A stretch of 63,454 bases of DNA, filler included, from Licmophora abbreviata (Eukaryota), in NCBI GenBank assembly GCA_900291995.1. It is 14 parts of 14 records of this genome, joined end to end, with 100 filler letters (N's around TTAATTAATTAA, not from the genome) between each part and the next. Parts side by side here need not be neighbours in the genome. Positions count along the whole stretch, not along the records: positions 1 to 6,906 come from OLMU01005897.1; positions 7,007 to 10,977 come from OLMU01005901.1; positions 11,078 to 14,004 come from OLMU01005902.1; 11 more parts are not named here. One strand, 5' to 3'. Shown in pieces: positions 1 through 11,773 of the stretch. The position numbers were made by a program, and so were the translations under genes. Position 1 is the stretch's first letter, and the number at the start of each line of letters is the position of its first letter. The notes under the pieces were generated by a model. The model was not told the DNA's origin. It did not search any database and was given only the letters and a program-made list of their open reading frames with translations.

Positions 1-727
1 TTACCTTTTGTTGAAGATCCTTGACCACCGACAGATCCTTCAGGGCGAGCCGTTCTGCCTTGAGCAACTCGGCATTCTCTGCGTCGATTCCCTTGGCGTG
101 AGCCTCGTCCCCATCACTTTCGAGGTGTTCCACTTCTTCCTCCAACTCAATTACTTCTTCCTCCAACGGATCTTCCGAGTCGGTCGTTTCGGACACGGAG
201 TCAGATCCTTCATCCTGCTTTTCCCCACCCAAAAACACCAGCTCCTCCGTCAGTTGGACTGCCTCATGTCCCGTCGCCCACCCCGCCCACACCTTGATGA
301 CACCCTGAGAGCGATCATCAATGACCAATTGTACTCCTGGATCGTTGTGAATGTGACTCGACGCCCGCTTTTGATCGTCGCATCCGCCATGGACAAAATG
401 TGCCCCTTGGGTCGTTTCAATCGCATACTCCGCGTGTTGAACCTGGCGGTCGTTGGACGGATCGATGAGTTTGATTCTAAACGCGCTCATACTACTATGA
501 GATACGTCAATGGGCCCCTTCACGAGCGTCCCTTCTTCCATTTCGACTGCGAGATAGAGTTCGGGATGAGTCGATTCCTCGTAGGCCACGACTTGGTTGT
601 TCATAATGACTTCGTCGGTACTCAAATCAACCATACAGCCACTGCCACTGCTGACAAGATGATCGGCAAAGCCAGAAATACGAGCTGGAAGACAGAGGCT
701 CAGTAAAAGCGGAACGAAAAGAGACAT
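1..727 (-). CDS. Putative secreted protein (signal peptide, globular domain, acidic coiled region); 3' end runs off the window
   Basis: Manual translation from ATG 727 gives MSLFVPLLLSLCLPARISGFADHLVSSGSGCMVDLSTDEVIMNN...VWAGWATGHEAVQLTEEL...EEEVIELEEEVEHLE..., open to position 1. It is absent from the ORF track because it has no stop in the window. The + strand ORF 8..706 is its antisense shadow. Confidence 0.75.
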   Translation of the reverse strand, partial: MSLFVPLLLSLCLPARISGFADHLVSSGSGCMVDLSTDEVIMNNQVVAYEESTHPELYLAVEMEEGTLVKGPIDVSHSSMSAFRIKLIDPSNDRQVQHAEYAIETTQGAHFVHGGCDDQKRASSHIHNDPGVQLVIDDRSQGVIKVWAGWATGHEAVQLTEELVFLGGEKQDEGSDSVSETTDSEDPLEEEVIELEEEVEHLESDGDEAHAKGIDAENAELLKAERLALKDLSVVKDLQQKV

Positions 728-1292
728 TTTTGGCGTGAATGACTGGCGACGCGATGATGCTGAATTCAGTAGGGACAAGCAAAGTTGGAAGAACTTTTAG
801 CTATGTAGATCAAAGTAGACTAGTTCGCGTCCTTGAAAGGCGCCGCCACTTCACGACTGCAAGCCTTCCGTCGAAGTGCATGGACCAAAGCAAGAAGTGG
901 TCAGGCGGTCATCGCCAACGCCTCTCTCGCGTTCGGAATGCGATACCTTTTCGACTCCTTCGACCGAATACAAACTTCAACCAAAAGTTTGGTCGCCCAC
1001 AAGATTCGATTCCCTTTCAAGGCAACCTAGTCTTGCTGCTCGAAGTAGTCTAGGCATTGCTCCGAAGGGGTTGTCAAACATTCTCATGTAACATGCTACA
1101 TACATAGATGAGGACACGAGTTGGCGTTCAATGTCGGACCGGGAGACTGCTTGCCTGATTCGACTCCTTCGACCACCATGATTATTGGAACCAGGAATCT
1201 GTATGGTTTCGATATGAAGAATGAATCTCGCCAACTCGCCGAAATGAGACGCGTAGAGGACCGTGATTCGATTCATTGAGTCGAGTCGCACC

Positions 1293-4200
1293 ATGGCGTT
1301 CCTGATACCGGCGCTTTGTGCCGTCTCTTCTGATGTATTCCTGCTTTATTTAAATCGCCAGTACAGTCTAGATGCCGAAAATGAAGAACGAGCCGATGGA
1401 GAGACGCCTTGTGAGTCGAGAGATACAAATTTCGGTGAAATCTGCGATAAGTTTGGAAACAAGCTTGAAACTCAGCAAAAGCCGCTCGTGTCGTCTCTCA
1501 CGCTTTCATCTCCGCTTGGTTTGCCTTGAATTTATCTCCGTATTGCAGCATATATAGTGCATGTGCGCTACTTGGCCCCGTTGGCCGTGATTCGGCTGCT
1601 CTTAGTATTCTTCCCGCTTGCCTATCACTCGTACACTGGCACGGCAGTCAAGTTTCCTAGTCTTTATCACTTTCTCTACATTTCCAGCATCGTGGTAGTG
1701 TTGGGACACTCACTCAGTATCATCATGTTGGACCCCAAATCGATCACGAGCTTTATGCCATATCCGAATGATCGAAGAATACGACACTTGGACGCGACGG
1801 CTGCAGAGGTGGCTTCCCTTCACGCCGCCACAATGCGGCATGTCTGGATTGAGCTGTCTCTCACCATGTGGTCCACGTTGTGGCACTGTGTACTCTTGTG
1901 GCATGTCCGATCGACAGCGCCACACGAGTATAGACGAAAAAGAGCACTCGCTCTCCAGTCGAGATCACGTGCGTCTCGACCGGGGCATGTGTTATACTAC
2001 TATGCGGCGCAACAGCAGGCAGAGGAAGACGAGAGCGACGACGACGGCAATTTTGCTAGGGAAGAAGCGTCGTTGTTGGCTATGCAGCCGTCTCCACGAA
2101 GGAATACAGCGCAGCAAAAACGTGATTTGATAGAGCAAATGAAGGCTCTGCCCGAAAACTACGATGGTGAGTACCTTACAACTAGGAGCCATGCTCAACT
2201 AGAGTGTGGTGCTTGTTTCATTTGCTTACCTGCGCTCCATACTCCTTTCATTGATGTACCCTAGATTTTGTGACGGATCTACAAAAGCGGTTGAAAGCGA
2301 CCAAACAGCAGTGGACGGAGCGACTGGAGGAAGTCACCAGTCGAATGTCGATGTCCACTGGTCAACCGCATCGTAGTGCCTCGACTGCTTCCGCCACTGG
2401 ACAGTCATCGACGGCGACGACAACGTTTCCGTTGAGTTCTACCATGACACCATTTCGGGTGCTGCTACAGCTTTTTGCATATGAAGAGGTCTTGTCGAAC
2501 CATCGATTGGACACCGTATTTGAAATGGATGGAGGCGCTGCAATGACCTTTTACGTGCCTCAGCTCTTGTCGTTCTTGTTGTATGGAGCCTACCACAACT
2601 CCCCCACGCTGGAACAGTGGGTTCTAGAAAAGTGCAAGCAAAACGTACATTTTGCCCATCGATGTTATTGGTTTCTGCGAGCTTGGTGTCTGCAGCAGCC
2701 CCCACAGCGAGATGTAGGCAGCATGAGTCGAAATGGAAGCCATGGTAGTTTACAGTATCGAAACCCAGCTGATGCGGCTAGCAATACAAGTCTATCTTCT
2801 CGGGCGAGCGATGTCGAGCCAGAGTCATCCAAACTGCTTCCGGAAGAGCGATTGTTGATTGAGGCTCTTTTGCTACGCGTTACTGAGTTTGGCGAGTCGT
2901 CTGCCGCTGACCTGCAGTACGGTCCAGACCATCCGGAAGACGAAGAGCCGGTAGTCGATCACGTGCTGGAGGAACACGCTGGCTCGCCGTCAGCGCTCAT
3001 GTCGGCAACTGAATCGGGATTGATTCCTGTGGAACCAAGCACTGGCTTTCCATCGGTCGCACACATGGACAGCGTCGCTGCACAGCGCAAGTACGGCTTT
3101 GTACCCAGGGAAAGGCACGACCTTGAAAATGGAGACTCCAGAGATCCGTTGCGGTCCGAAGCACAATGGTTCATGTCAACACCGCGCTTCTTAGACGCTT
3201 TAACGACCATCGCGGACAACCTATTTCTTCTCCCTAGAGAACATCGGATTGGGGAACTTAGGAGGCAGCTTCGCTCCTTGGAGATTGAATTTTTGCCGTC
3301 GAACTCTGTGTATCTACCTGTAAATGATGTGCATCATCGGGTATGGAGGATTGTGGCAGACGAAAGTATCGCAATCAGCACCAAGGAGCGTGTGCCATGT
3401 ATCATTTACTTGGAAGTTGTCGACTACGAGGCTGCGAAGCCAGCACGAAAGCCCAATTTTCTGGAAACGGCCCTCAGGCGATCACTTCCTGAGCCCGAGA
3501 CAGTGCCTTCCCGCTCGTCTACTGGGTCAATGGAGTCGACCACGACAGTCAAGCAGGCACGTAACTTTTTGAATCTCGCAACTTTCTCCGAGCGTGACGT
3601 TATCGATGGGTGGCGGCACAGCTCGCGTGATCCGCAGCGACATAACTCGTTGTTTGACAAGGTCAGCAATTTCACTCAGAAAGGCCTGAAGCGCTTGCGC
3701 CCCACCAGTAATCATGCCGATGTTTTGCTGTGGAACGACGCTCCAGAGGCATCAGATCACAATGCCCTTGATATCGAAATAGGAACAGGCGAGAACGAAG
3801 CTACTTCAGGGACAGACGACGTAGGCAGAAGACCTCCATTGGTGCCCCCACCAACTGGTAAACCTAGGCGTGCCGTGAGCGACCCTCTGGTTGGCTCTCC
3901 CCCTGGCCAGAACCTGCTTCCTGAGTCTGGAATGGGACAGTGGTCGTCTCCAACATCAATCTCAAGTGTCCAGAGGCGTCGAGCGGAGCGGAGCTCGTCG
4001 CAAGGTATCGCCGAAGATGACCCGGTTGATGTCATGGGAGCTCTTGTTGGCATTCGGAATCGAATGGAAAAAAGAGATGGTGGTGAGAGCCCATCGTTGA
4101 GTGACTCCGGTGGTCCACAGTATGGTACTGCGCGGAAAAGTGCACTTGATGAGCCCTCGAGTGCCCATAAAAGATCAAGGCCTCCCCCGGTAGTGTTTAG

Positions 4201-5068
4201 AGAGTCCTTTTCTGCCAAAGAGGAGCGCGTTCGGTCGAGATCGGCCTACGGGTCACATCCTGGCTGGCGCTTACTGCCGATTCTGATCAAGTCAAACGAC
4301 GACCTTCGCCAAGAGCAGCTTGCCTCCCAGCTAATTTATCGCATGGCAAGTGTCTTGGCGCGTGAGAAGGTCCCGGTGTGGCTCTGCGCCTACGAGATTG
4401 TCGCCATGACGGATCGCGGCGGGATCATCGAGGCTATTCCAGACACTATATCGCTAGACTCGCTCAAGCGGAACGATCCTAACTTTACAAGTCTAAGCGA
4501 CTTCTTCCGTCGACATTTCGGAGAGCCAGGGAGCGACGATCATGCCGACGCAAAAGCGAGCTTTGTGGAGAGTCTCGCAGCGTATTCGATGGTTTGCTAT
4601 CTGCTTCAAATAAAGGATCGCCACAACGGAAATATTCTCGTCGATAACCATGGCCATCTGATTCACATTGACTTCGGATTCTTCTTCTTGTCTTCGCCGG
4701 GCAAAAACTCTGGCTTCGAAAGTGCCCCATTCAAATTGACCCGTGACTTTGTCGATCTCATGGATGGGCCTGACAGCCGCACCTTTCGTACCTTTCGGGA
4801 GCTGTGCTGTCGAAGTTTCTTGTCGCTTCGTCGACACTGGTATGAAATAATCATTCTGGTGGAGATGCTCATGGTCGGCAATGAAGACCTACCGTGCTTC
4901 CGCGGGCGTCCAGAAGACGCCGTCAAAGGCCTTCGGGAGCGGTTCCGACTGGACTTGAATGATCGCGCTTGCACTGAATATGTTAACGCGTTGGTGGACG
5001 ACAGTCTAGAGAACTGGAGGACTCGATGGTACGATCGATACCAGAGGTACTGTGTGGGCGTTCTCTAA
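1293..5068 (+). CDS. PI4KB: Phosphatidylinositol 4-kinase beta (type III) with hydrophobic N-terminal extension; exons ~1293-1410, 1549-2166, 2265-5068
   Basis: Motifs FYVPQL (helical domain), STKERVP, IKSNDDLRQEQLA, YLLQIKDRHNGNIL, HIDFGF and FESAPFKLT. GT-AG introns 1411-1548 and 2167-2264 join the three ORFs in frame. Confidence 0.9.
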
Positions 5069-5332
5069 GTTGGTCGCTAGGTATGGCTTGGACGCTTTGT
5101 GGAGGCATATTGCGCTAAGCATTTATTCTGTACAATAGCTGCTAGTCAAATCTCATGGTTGTCGACGTACCAGTACCTGGTGCCGCAAACTCAAAGGCGT
5201 TGCCCCCCAACAAACTCTGAAATGCAAGTGTAGCCAAGTCCCTCGTTCTTGTGACGCTGCTGCTCGTCACCACAGCTCTGACTAACAAAACGAGACGATA
5301 GTAGAAAGTACTTTGATACGCGAAGTCAAGCG

Positions 5333-6906
5333 TCAAACCTTGTGTCTACTTGTGACAGGCGCGGTTGGATATCCAAGATACTTGATGGCTTCAGCGATCG
5401 CTGTGCCGAGACAAATGGGAACTGCGTTGCCAATCTGCTTTCGTTTCTCTGTCATGCTTCCACAAAGTACGAACGAATCGGGAAACGACTGGATCCTGGC
5501 TAGTTCTCGCACAGTAACGTTTCTCTGACGAGAGTAGTGTGTCACACCCTTTGCAGTCCGTACCGTACGTGCTGGCACGTTTCGCGAGAGGACGTCGCTG
5601 CCGCCTTTTAGGCCTGCTGCGTCTATACCATGATCCTCGATAAGCACATCTCCCAAACACACAAGCCCGCTTCCAGTTTCAGGCTCAACGTCCTCAAGGT
5701 CACGGAGAGCAGCCTCGGGGGTGACGTACGGCTTGAGTCCTTCTCCATGGGTCGCCTTGGGAAATTCGGGCAGCTGTATCCCGGGCTTGGCGAGCAGCAG
5801 GAAAACACGCGGTCTATGCTGAGGGTCACCAAGGTCCGAGGCTCTGAGAATGCCAGCGCGAGCTTGATAGCCGGCTTCCATAACTATTCTTGCAATAAGC
5901 TTGTCAAAGTAGTTTACATGTTGATCTCGCAACATCTGAATTATCAAGCGCGCACGAGCGACAAGGAGTGAGCAAGGTTAGCCATGTAGCGTCTATGTTT
6001 TTTGTGTCGACGTACCCCGGTAACGTTCTCGAACGACGCTGTGAGTGGATTGAAAAACTTGATGTACTCGATCAAGACGAAACACAACATGTTGTTCGTT
6101 TCATCATTTGCTCCTCCGCTAATATTCGCATCCGAGAAGCCTTGCGAAAGAGATCCGCAAAGGTGGAGTGAACGGGGGTGTATCAGACAATATGCGACTT
6201 GAGAGAGAGACGTACCGTTACAAGGTGATGATGAATGGATGTGATCGATATCGCCGGGCTTTGGATACATGCCATACCTTGGGTCGCCCGCGTAGCCGAG
6301 TTTGCATTTGGCAAGGAAATCCCACACATCGTCTTCAAACACCTGTGTATGCATGTGTCCCTTTTTCAACAAATTCAATCTATGCGAGTCCGCCGCGTGG
6401 CGGTTCTTCTCAACTATCCACTTGACGTTGAAGTAGTTCGACTGAGCGAACGCATGTGAGATTCCTTCGCAGCCCGCAAATATGTCGAGCATAGTCGGTT
6501 GTCGGTGGTCGGGAGTCTTTTCCTTGGGCTCTCGAATCTTGTAGGACGCCTCCCATCCGACGGCGCTCTTGCCCTTCTTGGATCCTGTCTCCCACATGAT
6601 GGGTCGTTCCAACATCGCCGGCGGCTCCGTTCGGTTGTCAAGATCACTGAGCCTGATCTCCTCTGTATGACGCAAAAACACATAGAAGTCGACACCTTCT
6701 CGTTTGATACCACTCTTCACCTTTGTGTCGAAGAGCGTGTCGCTGAATGGAATAGCAACTTCACACTCCGCAGTCTTTTTCTTTCTGTTTCTCAAGAGCT
6801 TTCGAATAACATAACTCGCCTTGTTCTCGACATGTGCGGGAACGATATTCTGCTTGCACAACTTCCAGGCACGCTTCCGGGAGGTATACGCCTCGCCCAG
6901 ACAGAA
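5333..6906 (-). CDS. C5-cytosine DNA methyltransferase, RID/DNMT4-like; 5' end truncated by gap; introns 6141-6215 and 5936-6015
   Basis: After splicing the motifs fall in canonical order: I LDIFAGCEG, IV HIHSSSPCNGFS, VI FENVTG, VIII QHRPRVF, IX RELARIQSFPD, X QIGNAVP. The frame is open up to the gap. Confidence 0.88.
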
Positions 6907-7006
6907 NNNNNNNNNNNNNNNNNNNNNNNNNNNNNNNNNNNNNNNNNNNNTTAATTAATTAANNNNNNNNNNNNNNNNNNNNNNNNNNNNNNNNNNNNNN
7001 NNNNNN

Positions 7007-7247
7007 CGACGCGCGGGGTTCGAGCCATGACCTGGCGCACGACCTCAATTTGCTCCTCCGGGTCGGGATCGACAGGTCCGATGTAGTCACAGGTCACGTT
7101 TTCTCCCATCTGCTTCGTCAACTGGTGTGCCTGATAAATGCACCCCTCCCTTGACAAGTCGAAGAACGGATTATTCTCCTGCTTGGGAATGACAACGAAA
7201 GTCTTGCCCGAGTTTCCGCCTGTTCCGGCATCTGTCGCGGTCGCCAT
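7007..7247 (-). CDS. N-terminal fragment with a periplasmic sugar-binding-protein-like (Peripla_BP_4-type) domain; truncated by gap
   Basis: TFVVIPKQENNPFFDLSREGC...CDYIGPVDPDPEEQIEVVRQVM resembles the 'vpK..nPFf.....G' start of bacterial ABC sugar-binding proteins. Confidence 0.65.
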
Positions 7248-7707
7248 TGCGGGGGAGCCAAATTAGGAGATCGTGGGCGTTGCGGGTCGCCCTTGGGAGC
7301 GTAATTTGTGGGATTTCGAAGAGTAAGTCGGTTTGGAACGACTGGAAGGTACGTTCCGGCCCCGGCCCCGATTGTTGGTTTTGTTCGCAACTGATGCGTC
7401 GGCACAGGCGGGGGCGGGAATTTGTGACTGTGGTACGTACCGGTAGTACTGAAATCTGTGTAGACAGACAGCTGGCACGCGCGCAAAACACGCCCAAACT
7501 CAAAACTGCTTACAGGCGGGTTAGACCTTACTCACTTGTACCTAGGTACCACCTTCCTACCTGGTATGATACCATTACCGCGTATCTGATTTACCCCCGA
7601 CGGTCGTATGATGCCACCCTTCCACTGGTATCTGGTGCCTAGTTCCTGGTGCTAGCTGTAGCTACATGGGATCAAATTTCATCTATGGTCATGTTAGAAC
7701 TCAAACG

Positions 7708-10700
7708 CTACAGCTCGTCCTCCCCTGCTTCTCCAGGTGGTTGCGTGTTCTCGGTGGCTTCACTCTTAGAGTCTCCCTCCGTTGCATCGCCTTCCGTTGA
7801 GGTGTCATTCTGGGCATCTGTCGCATTCACTTCTGTAATAGTCTCGTTCCCTTCGGCCGACGTCTCGTTCTTCTTTTCCTTTTTCGGCTTGGGCTTGCGA
7901 CTCAGTCGCGTAATCAAGACCTCCAGACTCTTGCCCTGAGCAGGAATCTCAGTCGACAAGAAGATCGGATCCTCGGTTGGCTCCGCCAAGTCTTGCGCTT
8001 CTTGCTTCTCAGAGATCCAAGCGCGAACTTCTTCTACCTTGTCCAACACGTCCTTGCGTTCCTCTTCGGTCACTTGTGGCATGGTCGTCTCCCATTTCGT
8101 CATGAGATCCTCCACAAGTTTGAGCTTTTCCAGCATGGCCTTGACGCTCTCCGGGCGTGCCTTCATTTCGACAACGCGCAACATGAGTTTCTCCATAGGC
8201 GTCGAAAGCTCAACGTACTTGTCTTCCATAGTCGCCAAATCGGCATTGTACCCGTCGTCGTACATCCACTCTTCGGCGTCTTCAGATAGCTTGGACAGTT
8301 CAGCCCGCTGGGCTTCCGTGGAAACAGCGGCAATCGCCTCTTCGTCATCAACCAACTTATTCTTGATCTTGTAAATATAGCTCTCAACCTTGTTACGAGC
8401 CTCCTCGAGCATCATTCGCTCTTTATCTTTCCTCGCCAGCTCGGCGAGCTTGGCCTTGGATTCTTCCATCAGAACCGAAGAGTAAGGTTGGACGGGACCG
8501 ACGTGGTAAGTTTCAACATCGAGAGTCTTTTTGTGAACCTTTGTCTTCTCCTGTGTTACAAAGGGAGACATTGGGGCGTGAATGGCAACAGAATGAAAAG
8601 TCTTGAGAGCAGGGGTGTTTGAATGCGCAACTAGTACTTTGCCGAGTGCCGATGCTCACCTTGTCCACCATTTTCGTCTTGCGAACTTTTGGGGCCGCCT
8701 CGGCCGTCGCGTTCGCTTCAGTTTTGTTGGAAGTCGCTTCCGTTTCTGCTTCCGCCCCCGCCCCGGAGTCAGACTCCTTTGCATCGGACGATTCACTTTC
8801 GTCGCCGCTTGGCTCTTCCTTTTCGGCCGTGGCGGCCTTATCATCCTCCTCGACAGTGGGATTCTTCTCGTCTTCGTCGTCCTCGACTTCAACTTCTTCC
8901 TGCACAATGACTATCTCCTCGACAGCAGCTTCGGCCTTGACGAGCTTTGTGATGCCACTCGTGCTCAATTCGAACTGGAGCGAAATCTTAGGCTTTCCGA
9001 GCCCCTTTGCCTCCATCTCTGCTGAAAACGCTTCCACGCCCGTAATGTTGTATTGCTCAATGGCGGTGCTGTTACGCGGCAATGAAGCGACAGCGATTTA
9101 AGTCAGCAATTAAGGAGCAAATGCACACCATAGATCCAACAGCCACGGTAATACACTCACTTGGTTCCCGTCGGAAGTAGATCGTCCTCGGCGTAGCTGA
9201 TCTCGCAGTGTACGTCCTTATCGTGGGTGAATGCAATCGTCTTTTTGACACCGACCTTGCCGAAACTCTTGAACATGGTCGCCTGCTTGGACCACGGTTC
9301 CTCCTCATCATTTTCGCTCTTTTTCTTTTTCTTCTTCTTTTTGTCACCTCCTTCTCATGATCTTCCAGTGACACACTAATGGCAAACGGGTTGACGTCGG
9401 TCAAACCAACATGTCGCACTCGGAATGCGGTACTAATGTTGGCACCGTGAAACGCAGCACCGAGAGCCATACTCTCGTCGCTGTTAATGTGCATTCCAAG
9501 TTCCGTCACGTGCTCTCCGAGATATTGCTGGAGCGTTTCCTGAATCTTGGGTACGCGCATACCACCACCAATCAGTTCAATACCATGGACTTGTTCGAGT
9601 GTGACATTCGCCGCTGCCAGCGCAGTATCAATCGGTGCCACCGCACGCGTCAACAGATCATGAGCCAGATTCTCCAAATGAGCGCGAGTGAGATGCGTGT
9701 TCAAGGGTGTATCATCGAACAAGGCGTCAATGTAAATGGGGATTTCCGAATTGGCACTCAGCACATGCTTGACCTTGTTGGCTTGGAGTCGCAACTTGGT
9801 CATGCTGCGCATGTTACTTCGCACATCGCCCTTGGATCCCTTGTAATTCTCATTGAACTCATCTGCAAGGTACTCCACAATAACATGGTCCAACGCGTTA
9901 CCACCGAGCGTATTGTCCCAAGCCTTACCCAAGACTTCAATACCGGCAACAGTCTTTTCTTTTCCATATTTTCCTTCCTTGTGAGGGTACGAAAAGAACT
10001 TGACAACGCTGACTTGCAAGGCACTCCCACCAAGGTTGTAAAATATCAAAATCTGCGGTTCCTCGGGGAGCTTGTCCATGCCGTAGTGCAATGCAGCTGC
10101 CGTCGTTTCGTCAATCAGCGCCAGTACACTCAAGTCGGCCAACTTGGCCGCATCCAAGAGAGCACGACGTTCGTGTTGTGTCGCAAAGGATGGTACAGTG
10201 AGGACACAGTCTTTGACATTACTGAGCGTTCCTTCTTTGCCCTGTTCTTCACCAAAGGCGGCAGTAATGTCCCGGGCATGCGTCAAGACCATGGCCACGA
10301 GTTCTTCCGGCGTAAATTCAATGTTATCGACCGTCAAACAGACACCGGAACGAGTTTCGTTGTACGAAGGAGTCAGAGGATAATGGCGTTCCGCAAGGAC
10401 CTACGAAAAAAGGAGGAAAAGATGTGGTTGTGAGAGTCGTGAGTGCATTTTAGTATTGGGTTCTGGCGAGAGCCATCGTTTCTGACAATGACCGTAGAGG
10501 AGTGATCATTTCGATCGTGTGCCGCTACAGGAGTGGGACCTGGACTTCCCCCGTCAGTAAATTACAGTCGCAACTCACCTCTACAGTCGGATGGGTCTGC
10601 TCCTTTCCAAGAAGAACCGACATGGCAGTGGGCGTCTTGAGGGGTTTACGCGCCAGCAGACTGCTGGCATCGGCTCCGTAGAAACGCGTATTTTGGTCAA

Positions 10701-10929
10701 AGAGAATCATATTTTCCGTCTTTCGCTTGGAATGAAGGTTCGTAACGATCTCCAGCGGCGCCCCTCGTTGCACCAAGGCCACCTTCATGTACAAACTGCC
10801 CAAGTCGACTCCCAAAATTGCTTTACTCGACACGAGCGGAAGCAAACACGCGGCTAGTAGAAGACTACAGCAGGCAGCCAAAAGAAACGAGCTTTTCCTC
10901 CTCCTCCTCATCATCGTCGTCGTCGTCAT
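7708..10929 (-). CDS. HYOU1: ER-lumenal HSP70-family nucleotide exchange factor (HYOU1/GRP170); exons ~10929-10579, 10400-9161, 9068-8660, 8550-7708; one apparent frameshift near 9350
   Basis: Signal peptide, then ILGVDLGS, IVTNLHSKRKT, VLTVPSF, ELIGGGMRVPKIQ, INSDESMALGA and EARNKVESYIY. C-terminal EDEL retention signal. Confidence 0.92.
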
Positions 10930-11077
10930 GGTGCTGCTACTTTCAAAACTTCTTGGAGGCTATCCGCACTGTAATTTNNNNNNNNNNNNNNNNNNNNNNN
11001 NNNNNNNNNNNNNNNNNNNNNTTAATTAATTAANNNNNNNNNNNNNNNNNNNNNNNNNNNNNNNNNNNNNNNNNNNN

Positions 11078-11338
11078 CAGAGAGAACGGCAGCGTGAGTT
11101 CAACTTGGTGGGGAACTTTGAAAGTACTCTCCGGATTCAAGCCGCAGTTGTTGCCTTGTCTTTGGCCTTCGTCTTGTATATAGGGGCCTCTGGGGGTATA
11201 ACGAGTGGGTCGGAACGAGACTTTGGAGGATACGATGAAATCGGTGCTGTCAACCAGGTTTACTTTTACGACGACAAAGATCCAGTACCATCGCAGCAAC
11301 AAACGACTCCAAGTGATAGTGCTGGCGTGTGGCTTTAG
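11078..11338 (+). CDS. 3' fragment of a small membrane protein (copy 1); 5' truncated by gap
   Basis: Open frame from the contig edge: QRERQREFNLVGNFESTLRIQAAVVALSLAFVLYIGASGG...AGVWL*. One hydrophobic helix; near-identical in copy 2. Confidence 0.55.
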   Translation, partial: QRERQREFNLVGNFESTLRIQAAVVALSLAFVLYIGASGGITSGSERDFGGYDEIGAVNQVYFYDDKDPVPSQQQTTPSDSAGVWL

Positions 11339-11773
11339 AAGATCCCACGCCAATAACACCTTGTTGTATACTCTCACAGATTGAACATGCATTCCCTGAC
11401 CATGCTACACCCGATACTCATACATAGCTATGAGATGAGACATCACAACTAGAAACACGACACTGCCCGCGCTCAGCTGTCAATGTATTTCTTAGCTAAG
11501 TTGACGATCGATTGCGCTCCTCCAACCATTACACTGATGCGTCCAGCAACTCTGACTTGTTATAGCGGTACCGTATGGTAGCGGCGTTGAAGCCTAGAGC
11601 GACACATTGTCGTTCTAACATAGATTTGTAATTGCTGCTCAGCCTTCATTCTTGAATTGTCTATATGCATTGTCCTTGCGTCGCATGGTCTCGAATGCCT
11701 GACATATCTTAACTAAAAAACTCTAGAGGGTTGCTTAGCCTATCGCACCATCAACATGCCAGCAAGCAAAGAG

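Noticed and set aside
8..706. 232-aa + strand ORF
   Set aside because: Antisense shadow of a minus-strand frame that has a signal peptide and more protein-like composition.
9411..10433. 340-aa + strand ORF opposite HYOU1, and similar antisense ORFs opposite other genes
   Set aside because: Long antisense frames are a common by-product of coding sequence, notably in HSP70 genes; no independent motifs.
11577..11719. Copy-1-specific ~140-bp segment as a MITE
   Set aside because: No terminal inverted repeats or target-site duplication are visible.
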